64,000 nt of DNA, from assembly GCA_947478395.1 (NCBI GenBank), contig CANJVR010000003.1, positions 352,001 through 416,000 of the forward strand. Reading direction: 5' to 3'. The notes beneath the pieces were generated by a model, which ran no database searches, was not told the DNA's origin, and was given only the letters and a program-made list of their open reading frames with translations. Below are positions 46,392 through 56,567 of the stretch, one piece after another. The position numbers and the translations under genes were made by a program. The stretch is from Opitutia bacterium. GTDB taxonomy: Bacteria; Verrucomicrobiota; Verrucomicrobiia; Opitutales; Opitutaceae. The stretch's first letter is position 1. Each line of letters opens with the position of its first letter.

Positions 46392-47399
46392 TCAATAGTT
46401 AACGAAGTACCCCTGCAAAACCCGCGAGTCTTGGCTCACCGTGAGGCCGAGCATGAGGAGGACACGGGCCTTTTGCGGGTTAAGCTCGTCGGCGGCGATG
46501 AAGTCCAGCCGGTCATCGTCGATCTCGATATTGCGTTCGACCACGCCGCCGCCCGTGCGTGAGCTGCGGACGATGGCGACGCCGGATTTCGCCGCGGCGG
46601 CCGAGGCGGCGAGGGCCAGCGCGCCCAAGTTACCGTCACCGACGCCAGCGATCACCAGACCGCGGGCGCCGGCGGCGACAGCCGCGTCGATGAGAGTTCG
46701 ATCCATGCCGGCGTGGGCAAAAACAATATCAACCCGCGGCAGGGCGCCGCGTACCGGCAGGGTGAACTCGCTCGCGGCGGTGTGGCGCCGCACGGGAGGG
46801 GCGTAAAAGTGCGGTCGCCCGGCGTTGACCAAGCCGGCGAGTCCGCGATGGCCGCTGTTAAAGGTGCCGAGTTGCGTGGTGTTGGTTTTCGCCACTTCGC
46901 GTGCGAAATGAATCTCGTCGTTGGCGACGATGAGGACACCCCGGCCACGCGCTGCTGGCGTCGTGGCGACGGCGACGGCGTTGAAAAGATTCATTGGGCC
47001 GTCGGCGCTCATGGCGTTGGCCGGCCGCATCGCGCCCACGAGCACAATGGGTTTTTCGGTGTGAACGACCAGGTTTAGAAAATAGCCGGTTTCCTCCATC
47101 GTGTCGGTGCCATGAGTGATCACGACGCCGGCGATCGTGGGATCGTCGAGTGCGGCCTGCGTGCGGGCGGCGAGCTTACGCCATGTCGCCTCGTCCATGT
47201 CCTGCGAGCCGATCGCGGCGACTTGCTCGACATCGATCCGGGCGAGTTCGCGCAGCCGGGGCACGGCGGCGATGAGGGCTTCCGCCGAAAAGACGGCCGA
47301 CTTGTAACCGCGCGCGCCGCGGGCTTGAGCGCCTGCGATGGTGCCGCCCGTGGCAAGGACGCGGACGCGCGGCAGGAGCGTTGAAGCGGGACGAGGCAT
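46392..47399 (-). CDS. L-asparaginase (type II-like)
   Basis: ATGGTIAG, HGTDTMEET, GAMRP, ADGPMN, LNPQKARVLL. Confidence 0.93.
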   Translation of the reverse strand: MPRPASTLLPRVRVLATGGTIAGAQARGARGYKSAVFSAEALIAAVPRLRELARIDVEQVAAIGSQDMDEATWRKLAARTQAALDDPTIAGVVITHGTDTMEETGYFLNLVVHTEKPIVLVGAMRPANAMSADGPMNLFNAVAVATTPAARGRGVLIVANDEIHFAREVAKTNTTQLGTFNSGHRGLAGLVNAGRPHFYAPPVRRHTAASEFTLPVRGALPRVDIVFAHAGMDRTLIDAAVAAGARGLVIAGVGDGNLGALALAASAAAAKSGVAIVRSSRTGGGVVERNIEIDDDRLDFIAADELNPQKARVLLMLGLTVSQDSRVLQGYFVNY

Positions 47400-47640
47400 G
47401 CGTGGAAGCTAAGTCGCGCCCGGACGTGCTCAAAGTTTTTCGGTAACGATAGATTGGTCGCGTTTGGTCTCGGGCAGGTCGCGACGGGAGTAGCGGCGTT
47501 ACGGGCCGGGAAAATCAGAACGGCCGCCGTGGTTTGGCCGCTAACTGGGCGCAATATCGAGGCCGGCGTTCATACCCGGATCGTGGGCCATGGGGCCCAT
47601 GGGTCGCGATGGCCGCAGCGGCCGGCGGTCTGATTTCCTA

Positions 47641-47735
47641 AAGGTAGGGCGGGTTATCCTTAACCCGCCGCTGCGACTCGGCTCACTCGGAGCTCGGCGC
47701 CAAACCGGCGGATTAGGGATAATCCGCCCTACCTT
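47641..47735. repeat. REP doublet (REPIN-like), GTAG-headed
   Basis: 30-bp inverted arms 47641-47670 and 47706-47735 (3 mismatches, two compensatory within each arm's hairpin). Confidence 0.85.
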
Positions 47736-47742
47736 AAGCTCC

Positions 47743-49527
47743 TCACGGCTTGAGCGCCGGCTCGTACCATTCGCGGCGGAGCCAGTCGACGACGAGGCTG
47801 AGTTCCTGCTCGGTCAGCAACTTCTCGGTGCCGAAGGCCGGCATGCGGTCGTTGCGCCGGCCGTAGAAACGCGCGTGGCTCGGGTCCGAGATGAAAGCGA
47901 GCAGCCAGGCGCGCGACCCGTAGCCCGTCAGGTCCGGCGCGGTGCTGTCGTCGTTGGGCGCGTGAAACTGGTGGCAATTTGTACAGCCCATGTCAGCGCC
48001 GGCGATCAGACGCCGGCCTTCGTCGATGATCGCGGTGTCGCGGAGATCGACGGCGGTTTGCGACGGGAGGGCGGCTTCGCCGGAGAGGGCGACGATGACT
48101 TTTTGCAGGCGGGCCTGGTCGGCGGGCGTAAATTTCGCGATGTCGTCCTTCACGAATTTTACCATCTCGCCCGAGCGCGCTTTTGAACCGCCAAAATAGT
48201 GAGGACCGTCGACTTGTTTGGGATCGAGCAGACCAGCGATCCATTCGCGGCTGGCGAAACCCTTCAGGTCGGAGGCACTCAGGGCATCTTTTGGCTGGCC
48301 GCCGAGGCCGTCGTGACCGTCGAAGCGATGGCAACTCGCACAGTTTTTCGCGAAGAGCTTCGGGCCTTGAGTGAACGGATCATTACGGAGCAACGTGATC
48401 GCGCCGGTGGGCGGAATACCGTTGGGCGATTGGGCGAGCTCAACGACGCGATGCGCATCACGTTCCGCGACGGCGACGCTGGCGATAAAGGGCAGATCGG
48501 CGTGGTCGGCCTTTTGCTGAAGGACCGTTAATGCGACGATCCCAGCGAGCATGATCCAAAGAAACCCGAGGTTGAAGCGGTGCCCGAGTTTCCATTTTCC
48601 GATGAACGGCATGGCGGCCAGAATGAGCATGACCACGGAGGGAATCACGATCGCGCCCCAAATCTCGTTCTCGCCGGGGAAATATTTTAGCAGCTCAAAC
48701 AGGAAGAGAAAATACCACTCGGGCCGGGCGGGGAAATTTTCCGAGGGATCAGCCGGCGCGCCGAGTTCAGCGCCGTGAGCGCGGAACACCAGAAACAGCA
48801 CCGTCAGCATGACCGCGAAACACGCGATGGCGTCGCGCAGGACTTGATCGGGCCAAAAGGCCGCGTCGGGGCGACGCCGAGGTTCGGCGGGTGTGATGCC
48901 GTGCTTTCGAAAAAGGTAAATGTGCGCGACAATGAAAGCGATGATCGCACCGGGAATAAAACCGGCATGCAGCGCAAAAAATCGGGTCAGCGTGTGGTGC
49001 CCGTAGGTATTGCCGCCCACGATGATTTTTTGCAGCGACGGCCCAATGACGGGCGTGATCGCGGCGATATTGGTGGCGACGGTCGTCGCCCACAGCCCTT
49101 TTTGGTCCCAAGGGAGCAAGTAGCCTGTCAGCGACAGCGCCAGCGTGAGCAGCAACAGCACGATCCCGGACCAGAAGTTAACTTCGCGCGGCGCTTTGTA
49201 GGCGCCGTCGATCACGACCTGCATGAGGTGGAAAACGAGCAACACCGTCATCGCCTGCGCCGTGAAGTGATGGATGCCGCGCAGAAACCAGCCGCCCCAC
49301 ATCACGTGCTGGATAAAATAAACGCTCTCCCAAGCGGTTTGGGAACTCGGACTGTAAGCGATCCAGAGAAACAGCCCGGTGATCACCTGAACGGTGAAGC
49401 AAAAGGCGAGCGTGCTGCCCCAAATATAGCGCCACCGGGCCCCGCCCGGCACGTTTTCGAAGAGCGTTTCGTGCAGCAGCTTTTTGTAGCCCGTGCGTTG
49501 GTCGAGCCAGTCGAGGGACGCTTTCAT
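47743..49527 (-). CDS. Cytochrome b(6) + subunit IV + dihaem cytochrome c fusion (Rieske/cyt b complex)
   Basis: RGIHHF, FHLMQV, TGYLLPWDQ, RFFALH, PEWY, CASCH and CTNCH. Confidence 0.92.
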   Translation of the reverse strand: MKASLDWLDQRTGYKKLLHETLFENVPGGARWRYIWGSTLAFCFTVQVITGLFLWIAYSPSSQTAWESVYFIQHVMWGGWFLRGIHHFTAQAMTVLLVFHLMQVVIDGAYKAPREVNFWSGIVLLLLTLALSLTGYLLPWDQKGLWATTVATNIAAITPVIGPSLQKIIVGGNTYGHHTLTRFFALHAGFIPGAIIAFIVAHIYLFRKHGITPAEPRRRPDAAFWPDQVLRDAIACFAVMLTVLFLVFRAHGAELGAPADPSENFPARPEWYFLFLFELLKYFPGENEIWGAIVIPSVVMLILAAMPFIGKWKLGHRFNLGFLWIMLAGIVALTVLQQKADHADLPFIASVAVAERDAHRVVELAQSPNGIPPTGAITLLRNDPFTQGPKLFAKNCASCHRFDGHDGLGGQPKDALSASDLKGFASREWIAGLLDPKQVDGPHYFGGSKARSGEMVKFVKDDIAKFTPADQARLQKVIVALSGEAALPSQTAVDLRDTAIIDEGRRLIAGADMGCTNCHQFHAPNDDSTAPDLTGYGSRAWLLAFISDPSHARFYGRRNDRMPAFGTEKLLTEQELSLVVDWLRREWYEPALKP

Positions 49528-50072
49528 CAGACGGGAATTTTCTCGTGGGTTCCGGCGCGGAACCTTTGGAACGTCACCCAAATTTCGGTGCCATTTCGGA
49601 TCTCGACCGGCAACTCATCGAGCGCGCGGGGACTCGGGCTTTTCAAATCGAGGATCTGGCCGTCGAGCTTGAACTGACTGTTGTGGCACGGGCAGAAATA
49701 GTCTTTGTCCGTCGGGCGATACTTGACGGAGCAGCCAGCATGCGGGCACGAAGCGTTGAGCGCGCGGACACTGCCGCCTTTGAGCCGCTGGAGATAGACA
49801 CTGCCGACTGGGACGTTGGGCGTCGTATTCCAAGCGTCGACCAAAGTGATAATCGCCGGGAAAGCCACGGGCTCGCCTCCCTCCGGGACGGCGTTAAGGC
49901 TCGCGACGCGGATCGAGGCACCGACCTCTGATTTACGGCGGAGAGGATCGCACAAAACGCCGAGTCCGGCGACGGCCGGCGCAATGGCGAGAGAGCCTCC
50001 GATTACGATGGAGGCGGCTTTCGTGAGAAAGTCGCGCCGGTCGGGCTGTGACGGAAGGTGGGAGTTATCCAT
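49527..50072 (-). CDS. Rieske 2Fe-2S protein
   Basis: Tat motif RRDFL, TM, CPHAGC, CPCHNS, SPRAL. Confidence 0.93.
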   Translation of the reverse strand: MDNSHLPSQPDRRDFLTKAASIVIGGSLAIAPAVAGLGVLCDPLRRKSEVGASIRVASLNAVPEGGEPVAFPAIITLVDAWNTTPNVPVGSVYLQRLKGGSVRALNASCPHAGCSVKYRPTDKDYFCPCHNSQFKLDGQILDLKSPSPRALDELPVEIRNGTEIWVTFQRFRAGTHEKIPV

Positions 50073-50427
50073 GCCGGAAAAAATGCGGCCAATTGGCCGC
50101 GGTGGTGGGACGAATTTCCCACGAAATCGTTTCTGAAGTAAACCGCAAATGGACGCGGCGATTTTCACAGACAGCGCAAGGATCCGATAAAATTTCCCCA
50201 CCGCTCCGGCGTGGCCGGGCGGTCATTAGCGAGGCACGCGGGCGAGTTAGCCCGGCAACTATAGCTGATGCTGGATCACCCCAGGCGACTTTCGGCGTAG
50301 GCTGGCGCGCTTGGGCGCTCACGGACGAGTTAAAGGTTAGGCGGAAAGGCCCCGAATCCCGCGGCCTGCGAGTTGCTTGCCTAGGGCCCGCGAGACAGAC
50401 ACGTTCGGCGGAAATTTCCCCTCTGTT

Positions 50428-52509
50428 ATGAGCTCTGTTACCCCGGTTTCTATTTGGCCCAAGACTTGGTGGCGTGCACTCGGTTGGAGCGCGGTCGTGG
50501 CGCTCGGCACGAGTTGCATCGGCGTCCTGGCGCTTTCGCGCGGCGAGCCACTCAACGCCCTTTGGATGGTCGTCGCGGCCCTGTGCGTGTTCGCGGTCTC
50601 GTACCGGTTTCACTCGGCGTGGCTCATGGCGAAAGTTTTCACGCTCGACGAACTCCGGGCCACGCCGGCGGAGCAGCACTCCGACGGGAAGGACTTCGTG
50701 AAGACGAACAAGTGGGTGGTCTTCGGTCACCATTTTGCTGCGATTGCCGGACCGGGGCCGCTGGTGGGCCCCGTCCTCGCGGCGCAGTTCGGTTATCTGC
50801 CCGGTATGCTGTGGATGCTGATCGGTGCCACACTCGGCGGCGCCGTCCATGACAGTGTGATCATGTTCTGTTCGGTGCGGCGTCGCGGCAAATCGCTCGG
50901 CCGGATGGTGCGCGATGAAGTGGGGCCGTTTGCTGGCATGGTGGCGTTGGTGAGCATTCTTGGGATCATGGTGATCTTGCTCGCGGTCCTCGCGCTCGTG
51001 GTGGTCAACGCGCTCGCGGAAAGTCCGTGGGGCCTCTTCACAATTTTGGCTACGATGCCCATCGCCGTGGTCATGGGATTCGCGATGCGCGGGGCCGGAC
51101 ATAGCACAGTACGATTGGTGGTGATCAGCGCGGTGGGGGTGATGGCGCTGCTCGCGGCGGTCTGGGGCGGGCGATACTTAGAGGGCACCGCGCTGGAGCA
51201 CTGGCTCACCCTCAATGGCACCACGCTGGCCTGGGGCATCATGGGGTACGCGATCGTCGCGTCGGTCTTGCCGGTCTGGGTGCTCCTCGCACCGCGGGAT
51301 TATCTGAGCACGTTCATGAAAATCGGCACGGTGGCCGCGCTCGGGCTGGCGATCGCAGTACTCGCGCCGAAATTGCAGATGCCGGCGCTCACTAAATTCA
51401 TCGACGGCTCGGGCCCGGTGTTCGCCGGGCCGGTGTTTCCCTTCTGTTTTATCACCATCGCGTGCGCGGCGGTGTCGGGCTTCCACTCGATCATCTCCTC
51501 GGGCACCACGCCGAAGATGATCGCACGCGAGACGCATATCCGCGTGGTGGGCTACGGCGCCATGATCACGGAAATGTGTGTCGGTATCATGGCGCTGATC
51601 GCCGCCTGCGCGATGCAGCCGGGCGAATATTTTGCCATCAACCTGAAGGGCGAAGCGGCGGTCGTCGTCGCGAAAGTCACGGCGCTCGGTTTTCCCGTGA
51701 CCGCGCCGCAAATGGCCGACCTTGCGGCGAGCGTGGGCGAAAAAACCATGATCGGCCGCACCGGCGGAGCCCCGACGTTTGCGGTGGGGATGGCGCATAT
51801 GTTTGCCGGAGTATTCGGCAGTCGGGCGGCGCTAGCGCTGTGGTATCATTTCGCGATCATGTTCGAGGCGCTGTTTATTCTGACGGCGATCGATGCCGGA
51901 ACGCGGGTGGGGCGCTTCGTCGTGCAGGATTTGCTCGGTTACGTCTGGAAACCGCTCGGCGACACGCGCTCGCTGGCGGGCAACACGCTCGCCACGGCGC
52001 TCTTCGTCGGCGCCTGGGGTTGGTTTCTATATCAAGGCGTGATTGATCCGCTGGGCGGCATCAACTCGCTCTGGCCGCTCTTCGGGGTGGCCAACCAGCT
52101 GCTCGCCGTCGTTGCGCTGGCGCTCGGGACGACGGTGTTGATCAAGATGGGCCGCGTCCGCTACGCGTGGGTGACGCTCCTGCCGCTCGGCTGGCTCCTG
52201 GCCGTGACGATGACGGCCGGTTCGATGAAAATCTTCAGCGCCGATCCGCGTCTGGGTTTCCTTAGCGGGGCCAACGCCTTGGTCGGTAAACTCGCCACGG
52301 CCACGGGGCCCGCCGAGATTGCTTCGCTGCAGCGGCAGATTTTTAACGCGCGGGTGGACGCCGCGGTGACGGGCACATTCCTGGTGCTGGTAATCTTCAT
52401 CGTCGCCGCAAATGCCCGCACTTGGTGGCAGCTTCTCGCCCGCAAGCGGGCGCCGGATTTGCGCGAAGAGCCCTACGTCCTCGGGCCGAGTGCCGCCACC
52501 AGCCCGTGA
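50428..52509 (+). CDS. cstA: Carbon starvation protein A (CstA/BtsT transporter)
   Basis: [48 protein letters not shown]. Confidence 0.95.
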   Translation: MSSVTPVSIWPKTWWRALGWSAVVALGTSCIGVLALSRGEPLNALWMVVAALCVFAVSYRFHSAWLMAKVFTLDELRATPAEQHSDGKDFVKTNKWVVFGHHFAAIAGPGPLVGPVLAAQFGYLPGMLWMLIGATLGGAVHDSVIMFCSVRRRGKSLGRMVRDEVGPFAGMVALVSILGIMVILLAVLALVVVNALAESPWGLFTILATMPIAVVMGFAMRGAGHSTVRLVVISAVGVMALLAAVWGGRYLEGTALEHWLTLNGTTLAWGIMGYAIVASVLPVWVLLAPRDYLSTFMKIGTVAALGLAIAVLAPKLQMPALTKFIDGSGPVFAGPVFPFCFITIACAAVSGFHSIISSGTTPKMIARETHIRVVGYGAMITEMCVGIMALIAACAMQPGEYFAINLKGEAAVVVAKVTALGFPVTAPQMADLAASVGEKTMIGRTGGAPTFAVGMAHMFAGVFGSRAALALWYHFAIMFEALFILTAIDAGTRVGRFVVQDLLGYVWKPLGDTRSLAGNTLATALFVGAWGWFLYQGVIDPLGGINSLWPLFGVANQLLAVVALALGTTVLIKMGRVRYAWVTLLPLGWLLAVTMTAGSMKIFSADPRLGFLSGANALVGKLATATGPAEIASLQRQIFNARVDAAVTGTFLVLVIFIVAANARTWWQLLARKRAPDLREEPYVLGPSAATSP

Positions 52510-52530
52510 TCCTGGATTAAGAAAACGTCC

Positions 52531-52778
52531 GCGACGCGGAGGATACGATGGGTCACCGCCGCAACCTTCCGGCTTTGAACTCACGATTCTGACTTCAAAC
52601 GCGCGAAGTGCGGACGGGTAAATTGAAACGCTAAATCTTTGGGGGACCGGACTCGGTTGCGGGCCACGGCTCACATCAGAGGTTGGGGTGATACCTCGTA
52701 AATTTCGGCGAGGTGGCTTGAACCAATTACGTTCTCCCTGTGAGCGGTAAAAATACGCGTTTCAATCTTTAGCGGAAT
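52531..52778 (-). pseudogene. Decayed ORF6N-domain DNA-binding protein gene
   Basis: Manual translation IETRIFTAHRENVIGSSHLAEIYEVSPQPLM*AVARNRVRSPKDLAFQFTRPHFARLKS, then frameshift to IVSSKPEGCGG. Confidence 0.75.
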
Positions 52779-52857
52779 CTGAACCCGGGGTGGGTCGATT
52801 TCAGTTTGAAGTTCCGAGGATGAACTTGAAATGAAACGGAAGAGACCTGGCTCAACG

Positions 52858-54885
52858 TCAAAATTTCAACGTGAACTCCACCCCATAGGTCCGCGGTGCG
52901 CCGGGCGTGCCGTGGCCGGTGCCGGCGGCGATGGCGCTGTAGTAGCCGATATCGGTGAGGTTTTCGCCGTAGGCGGTGACGCGGTAGTTTCCGCGGCTGT
53001 AGCCGAAACGAGCGCCGAGGAGCGCGTACGAGCGTTGGCCAAGGGCGAGGTTTTCGCTCTCGGTGTAGAACGTCCGGCCGTTCGCGGTCAGCTCGAGGCC
53101 GCCGAAGAAGCCACTCGCGTGGGCATAGTCGGCGCGGAGGCTGGCGTCGTAAAGCGGCACGTACGGCGCGCGTTTGCCGTTAAACGTTTTCCCGGTGTAA
53201 GGGTCGCGGAATTCACGGAGCGTCACGTCCGTCGTGCCGAGATCGGCGGCAAGCGTTACGCCGGGGAAGGGTTTCCAGGTGAGCTCAAGTTCGCTGCCAA
53301 ACGAACGCGCGCGGGGGGCATTGACGACGAGATAATCGTCCGCGACCGAGGTCGTGGCGAATGAGCGTTCGATTTGGTAACCGGTGATATCGTAATAGAA
53401 AAAGCGCAGCGTGGCGCTGATCGTTTTGTCGGTGGAAGCGCGAGTGATACCGGTCTCGAACGTTTTGGTTCGTTCGGGTGCGAAGGAAGCAAGAGCGCGA
53501 TTGCCCGTGAATGCGGAAAACCCGCCGGGTTTGTAGCCGGCGCCCAAGCTCGCGAAGAGATTGGTTTCGCGGTCGAGCGTGTAGTTCAGAGCGAGTTTAG
53601 GCAGGAGCGCGGTCGATGCACGCTGCAGATCGAAGACTTGCCGTACCGGGATGAATTCATCGCGCTGCATCGTCTTGCGCGAATCCTCGGCGCGAAGACC
53701 GACGGTGAAGCGGAGATCAGAGCTGAGCCGGAAGGTCGCTTCGCCAAAGGCGGCGAGGTCGCGGGCGTTGATCACGTAGCTGGATTTCTCGATGACGTAC
53801 GGGCCGAACGCGCGAGTGAAGCCACCGTCGGTGTCGCCATCGGTGTAGATCGCGCCGATCTGCCAGCGAACAGCAGACGTACCGGGCGACGCGAGCTTCA
53901 CTTCCTGATGCCAGTTTTTCTGGTTTAGCGTGGAGCCGTTGAACAGTTCAGAGGGACCGAAGGCGAGAACACTGGCGTAGGGGCCGAGATCCCAGCGGTT
54001 GAGACTCGTGGTGGCGCTCAGCAAGCCGATGGGCGTCGTGAATACGGCCTTCAGGGCAGCGTTGGCGGCGTCGAGCGCGGTGTAACCCTCGGTCTTCCGC
54101 GTAACGGTGAAGAGAGGTCCGCCGAGCGGGACGAGCGGCTGCACGCCATCGCGCACATGCAGGGCGGTGCCGAGGAAAGTGAGTTCAGTGCCGGGCGTGG
54201 GACGGAAGCGAAAGCGCGCGAGCGCTGAGGAAGATTCCTTGCCGTCGATATCGCGCCCAAGGCGGGTGTTGGTGAGGTATCCGTCGCGGGCGGAGTAGGC
54301 GGCGTTCACGTAGGCATCGGCTGTGGCGTGAGCGGCCGTGCTAGCACTCGCGGAAACCGCGCGGGCGGAATAATTGCCGTAGCTCGCGTCGATTTCGCCG
54401 CGCGCGGCGGTGCCGGGTTCGGGCGTGGTGAGCGTGACAACGCCCGCCGAGCCGGCACGGCCGAACACGGTGTTCTGGCTCGGACCGCGGTGTAATTCGG
54501 CCCGGGCGAAGCCGGCGAGGCTGGTGGGAAACGTGAAGCCACTGCCGAGCGGCAGATCGTCGAGATAAAAGCTGATCGCCGGATCACCGAAGATCGGCGT
54601 GTTGGTCAGGCCGCGCAGGGCGAAGGTATCGTTAAAGGAATGCGCGTCGTTGGTGGATTCGAAGAAATTCGCCGCGCGGGCCGCCAGCTCAGGGAGCGAA
54701 ATTTTGCTCTGGGGAAGATAGTCAAATCCCAGCCGTGAGACGGTGGCGGGGGACTCGGTCAATAAAAGTTCGGTGACGGTGACGGTCTCGCCGCGGACGA
54801 TCGGTTCGAGGCGCGGGGTCGACTGTGCGCGAACAAACGCAACGGAGCTGATAAAAATAAGGGTGAGGCCAGGGATGAAACGCAT
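52858..54885 (-). CDS. TonB-dependent receptor
   Basis: Signal peptide, plug RGL...FYLDD...ELHRGPSQNTVFGR, GYKPGGF, C-terminal PRTYGVEFTLKF. Confidence 0.9.
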   Translation of the reverse strand: MRFIPGLTLIFISSVAFVRAQSTPRLEPIVRGETVTVTELLLTESPATVSRLGFDYLPQSKISLPELAARAANFFESTNDAHSFNDTFALRGLTNTPIFGDPAISFYLDDLPLGSGFTFPTSLAGFARAELHRGPSQNTVFGRAGSAGVVTLTTPEPGTAARGEIDASYGNYSARAVSASASTAAHATADAYVNAAYSARDGYLTNTRLGRDIDGKESSSALARFRFRPTPGTELTFLGTALHVRDGVQPLVPLGGPLFTVTRKTEGYTALDAANAALKAVFTTPIGLLSATTSLNRWDLGPYASVLAFGPSELFNGSTLNQKNWHQEVKLASPGTSAVRWQIGAIYTDGDTDGGFTRAFGPYVIEKSSYVINARDLAAFGEATFRLSSDLRFTVGLRAEDSRKTMQRDEFIPVRQVFDLQRASTALLPKLALNYTLDRETNLFASLGAGYKPGGFSAFTGNRALASFAPERTKTFETGITRASTDKTISATLRFFYYDITGYQIERSFATTSVADDYLVVNAPRARSFGSELELTWKPFPGVTLAADLGTTDVTLREFRDPYTGKTFNGKRAPYVPLYDASLRADYAHASGFFGGLELTANGRTFYTESENLALGQRSYALLGARFGYSRGNYRVTAYGENLTDIGYYSAIAAGTGHGTPGAPRTYGVEFTLKF

Positions 54886-55048
54886 GGGTTTTCGAGGAAG
54901 GCGGCAGGTAAAAGATTAACGCGCAGACACGAGGGTGAAAAAGTTGTTTCGGTTTAGGCGAGTAGGGGCGGAGCACTTTATCTCTAGCGGTTTGGCTTGG
55001 CCCCGGTTTCTGCAAAAACCGAGGCACTAAACCCTGCGACTACCCAAT

Positions 55049-55075
55049 AAAAAGCCGGCCCTGCAGGCCGGCTTG
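55049..55075 (-). terminator. Intrinsic terminator after pfk
   Basis: Minus strand AAGCCGGCC-TGCAG-GGCCGGCTTTTT. Confidence 0.8.
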
Positions 55076-55098
55076 GAAGAAGAAAGGCTTTGCGGAGG

Positions 55099-56355
55099 TC
55101 AGGCCTGGTAGGGCGGCAGAACTTTGTCGGCGCGCACTTTCTCAAGCCGGGCGAAGACTGGGACGCCGTTGTCCGAGGGGATGGCAACTTCACCGGCGAT
55201 GAGCGGTTGCGCGTAGCGCAGGAACTGGAAGTTCATGCTGACGCCGTCCTCGTTGATCCATTCGCGGGGCAGTTTTTTCACGCCGTTGGCGATGTCGCTC
55301 AGGGACGCGAGGCCGGTTTCGACGCTGTAGGCCTCGGCGTCGCCGCGGAGGAGCGTGACCATCTTGTCGGTTTCGCCGGCGATGGCGGCTTCGACGGCAG
55401 CTTGGCCGGCGAGGTAAGCCTCATCGACGTCCGTTTTCGACGCGGTATGGGCCGCGGCGCGTTGCATGAGGCCGGGTTTGGCGACGCGCACTTTCACGCC
55501 GGGAATGTTCTGTTCGACGATTTCGCCGAGCACATCGCCGGCGCCGCCGAGTTTGGCGTGGCCGAAAGCGTCGGTCGCGGCGTCGGCGGCGACGTAGTTG
55601 CCGTTGGCATCTACGAGGCCTTCGGCGACGACGATTTGGCAGAATTTTTCGCGCTTCAGGACCCGACGGATGTCTTCGAGGACCTTCGCTTGGTCGAAGG
55701 GAATTTCGGGGAGCAAAATGAGGTGCGGCGGATCGTGCGGGTGATCCTTGCGTTTTGCGAGGGCGGTACCGGCGGCGATCCAGCCGGCGCTGCGGCCCAT
55801 GACTTCGATAATGGAGACGAGGTCGCCTTGGCCCATCGCTTCGCTGTCGCAGGCGATTTCACGGACGGTGGTGGCGAGATATTTGATCACGCTGCCGTAG
55901 CCAGGGGTGTGATCGGTGATGGGGAGATCGTTGTCGATCGTCTTGGGTACCCCGATGACGCGGAGTTCATAGCCCTGAGCTTGGGCGAGCTTGGAGATCT
56001 TATCGGCCGTGTCCTGTGAATCGTTGCCGCCGATGTAGAAAAAGTAGCGGATATTGTGCGCCTTGAACACTTCTAGCACGCGGTCGAAATCGGCCTGTTT
56101 CTTGAGCTTGTAGCGGCAGGTACCGAGAGCGGCGCCGGGCGTGTATTTGAGGGCGCGGATTTGCTGCTGGGACTCGGCGGCCAAGTCGATGAAGTCCTCG
56201 TTCAGGATGCCGAGGACGCCATTGAGCGTGCCGTAGATCTCCTCGATACACTCATGGTTGAGCGCTTCGGCGATGACGCCTGCGACGCTGGCATTGATGA
56301 CGGAGGTGGGGCCACCGGACTGGCCCACCAAGACGTTTCCTACAAGTTCAGCCAT
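55099..56355 (-). CDS. pfk: 6-phosphofructokinase, probably PPi-dependent
   Basis: GQSGGP, GGNDS (Asp) and PKTIDND (Lys) are the PPi-type signature; EVMGR. Confidence 0.92.
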   Translation of the reverse strand: MAELVGNVLVGQSGGPTSVINASVAGVIAEALNHECIEEIYGTLNGVLGILNEDFIDLAAESQQQIRALKYTPGAALGTCRYKLKKQADFDRVLEVFKAHNIRYFFYIGGNDSQDTADKISKLAQAQGYELRVIGVPKTIDNDLPITDHTPGYGSVIKYLATTVREIACDSEAMGQGDLVSIIEVMGRSAGWIAAGTALAKRKDHPHDPPHLILLPEIPFDQAKVLEDIRRVLKREKFCQIVVAEGLVDANGNYVAADAATDAFGHAKLGGAGDVLGEIVEQNIPGVKVRVAKPGLMQRAAAHTASKTDVDEAYLAGQAAVEAAIAGETDKMVTLLRGDAEAYSVETGLASLSDIANGVKKLPREWINEDGVSMNFQFLRYAQPLIAGEVAIPSDNGVPVFARLEKVRADKVLPPYQA

Positions 56356-56567
56356 GATGATGTGGTGTTAAATTTAAACGATGTGCGACTGCGTGAATGG
56401 GAGAGGAAGCGCGGGGGGTGCGGCGGAAGCAAACGAAAATTTGCGCGGTGGCTGCGGGGCTCTGCTCATCTGGGATCGAGCCGCTGGAATTTGAAACAGA
56501 ACTGGCCTGAGGGTGCTGGATTATGGCAATCTGGGTGGTGCTCAGAAGTTCTTAAAAACAGTCCACC

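Noticed and set aside
50073..50427. Motif copy or ncRNA between Rieske and cstA
   Set aside because: Only a partial half-site (CGCAAATGGACGCGG) and short hairpins; not convincing.
54886..55098. Riboswitch upstream of the TonB receptor
   Set aside because: Only the pfk terminator and one hairpin (about 55000-55026); no cobalamin, TPP or other aptamer consensus recognised.
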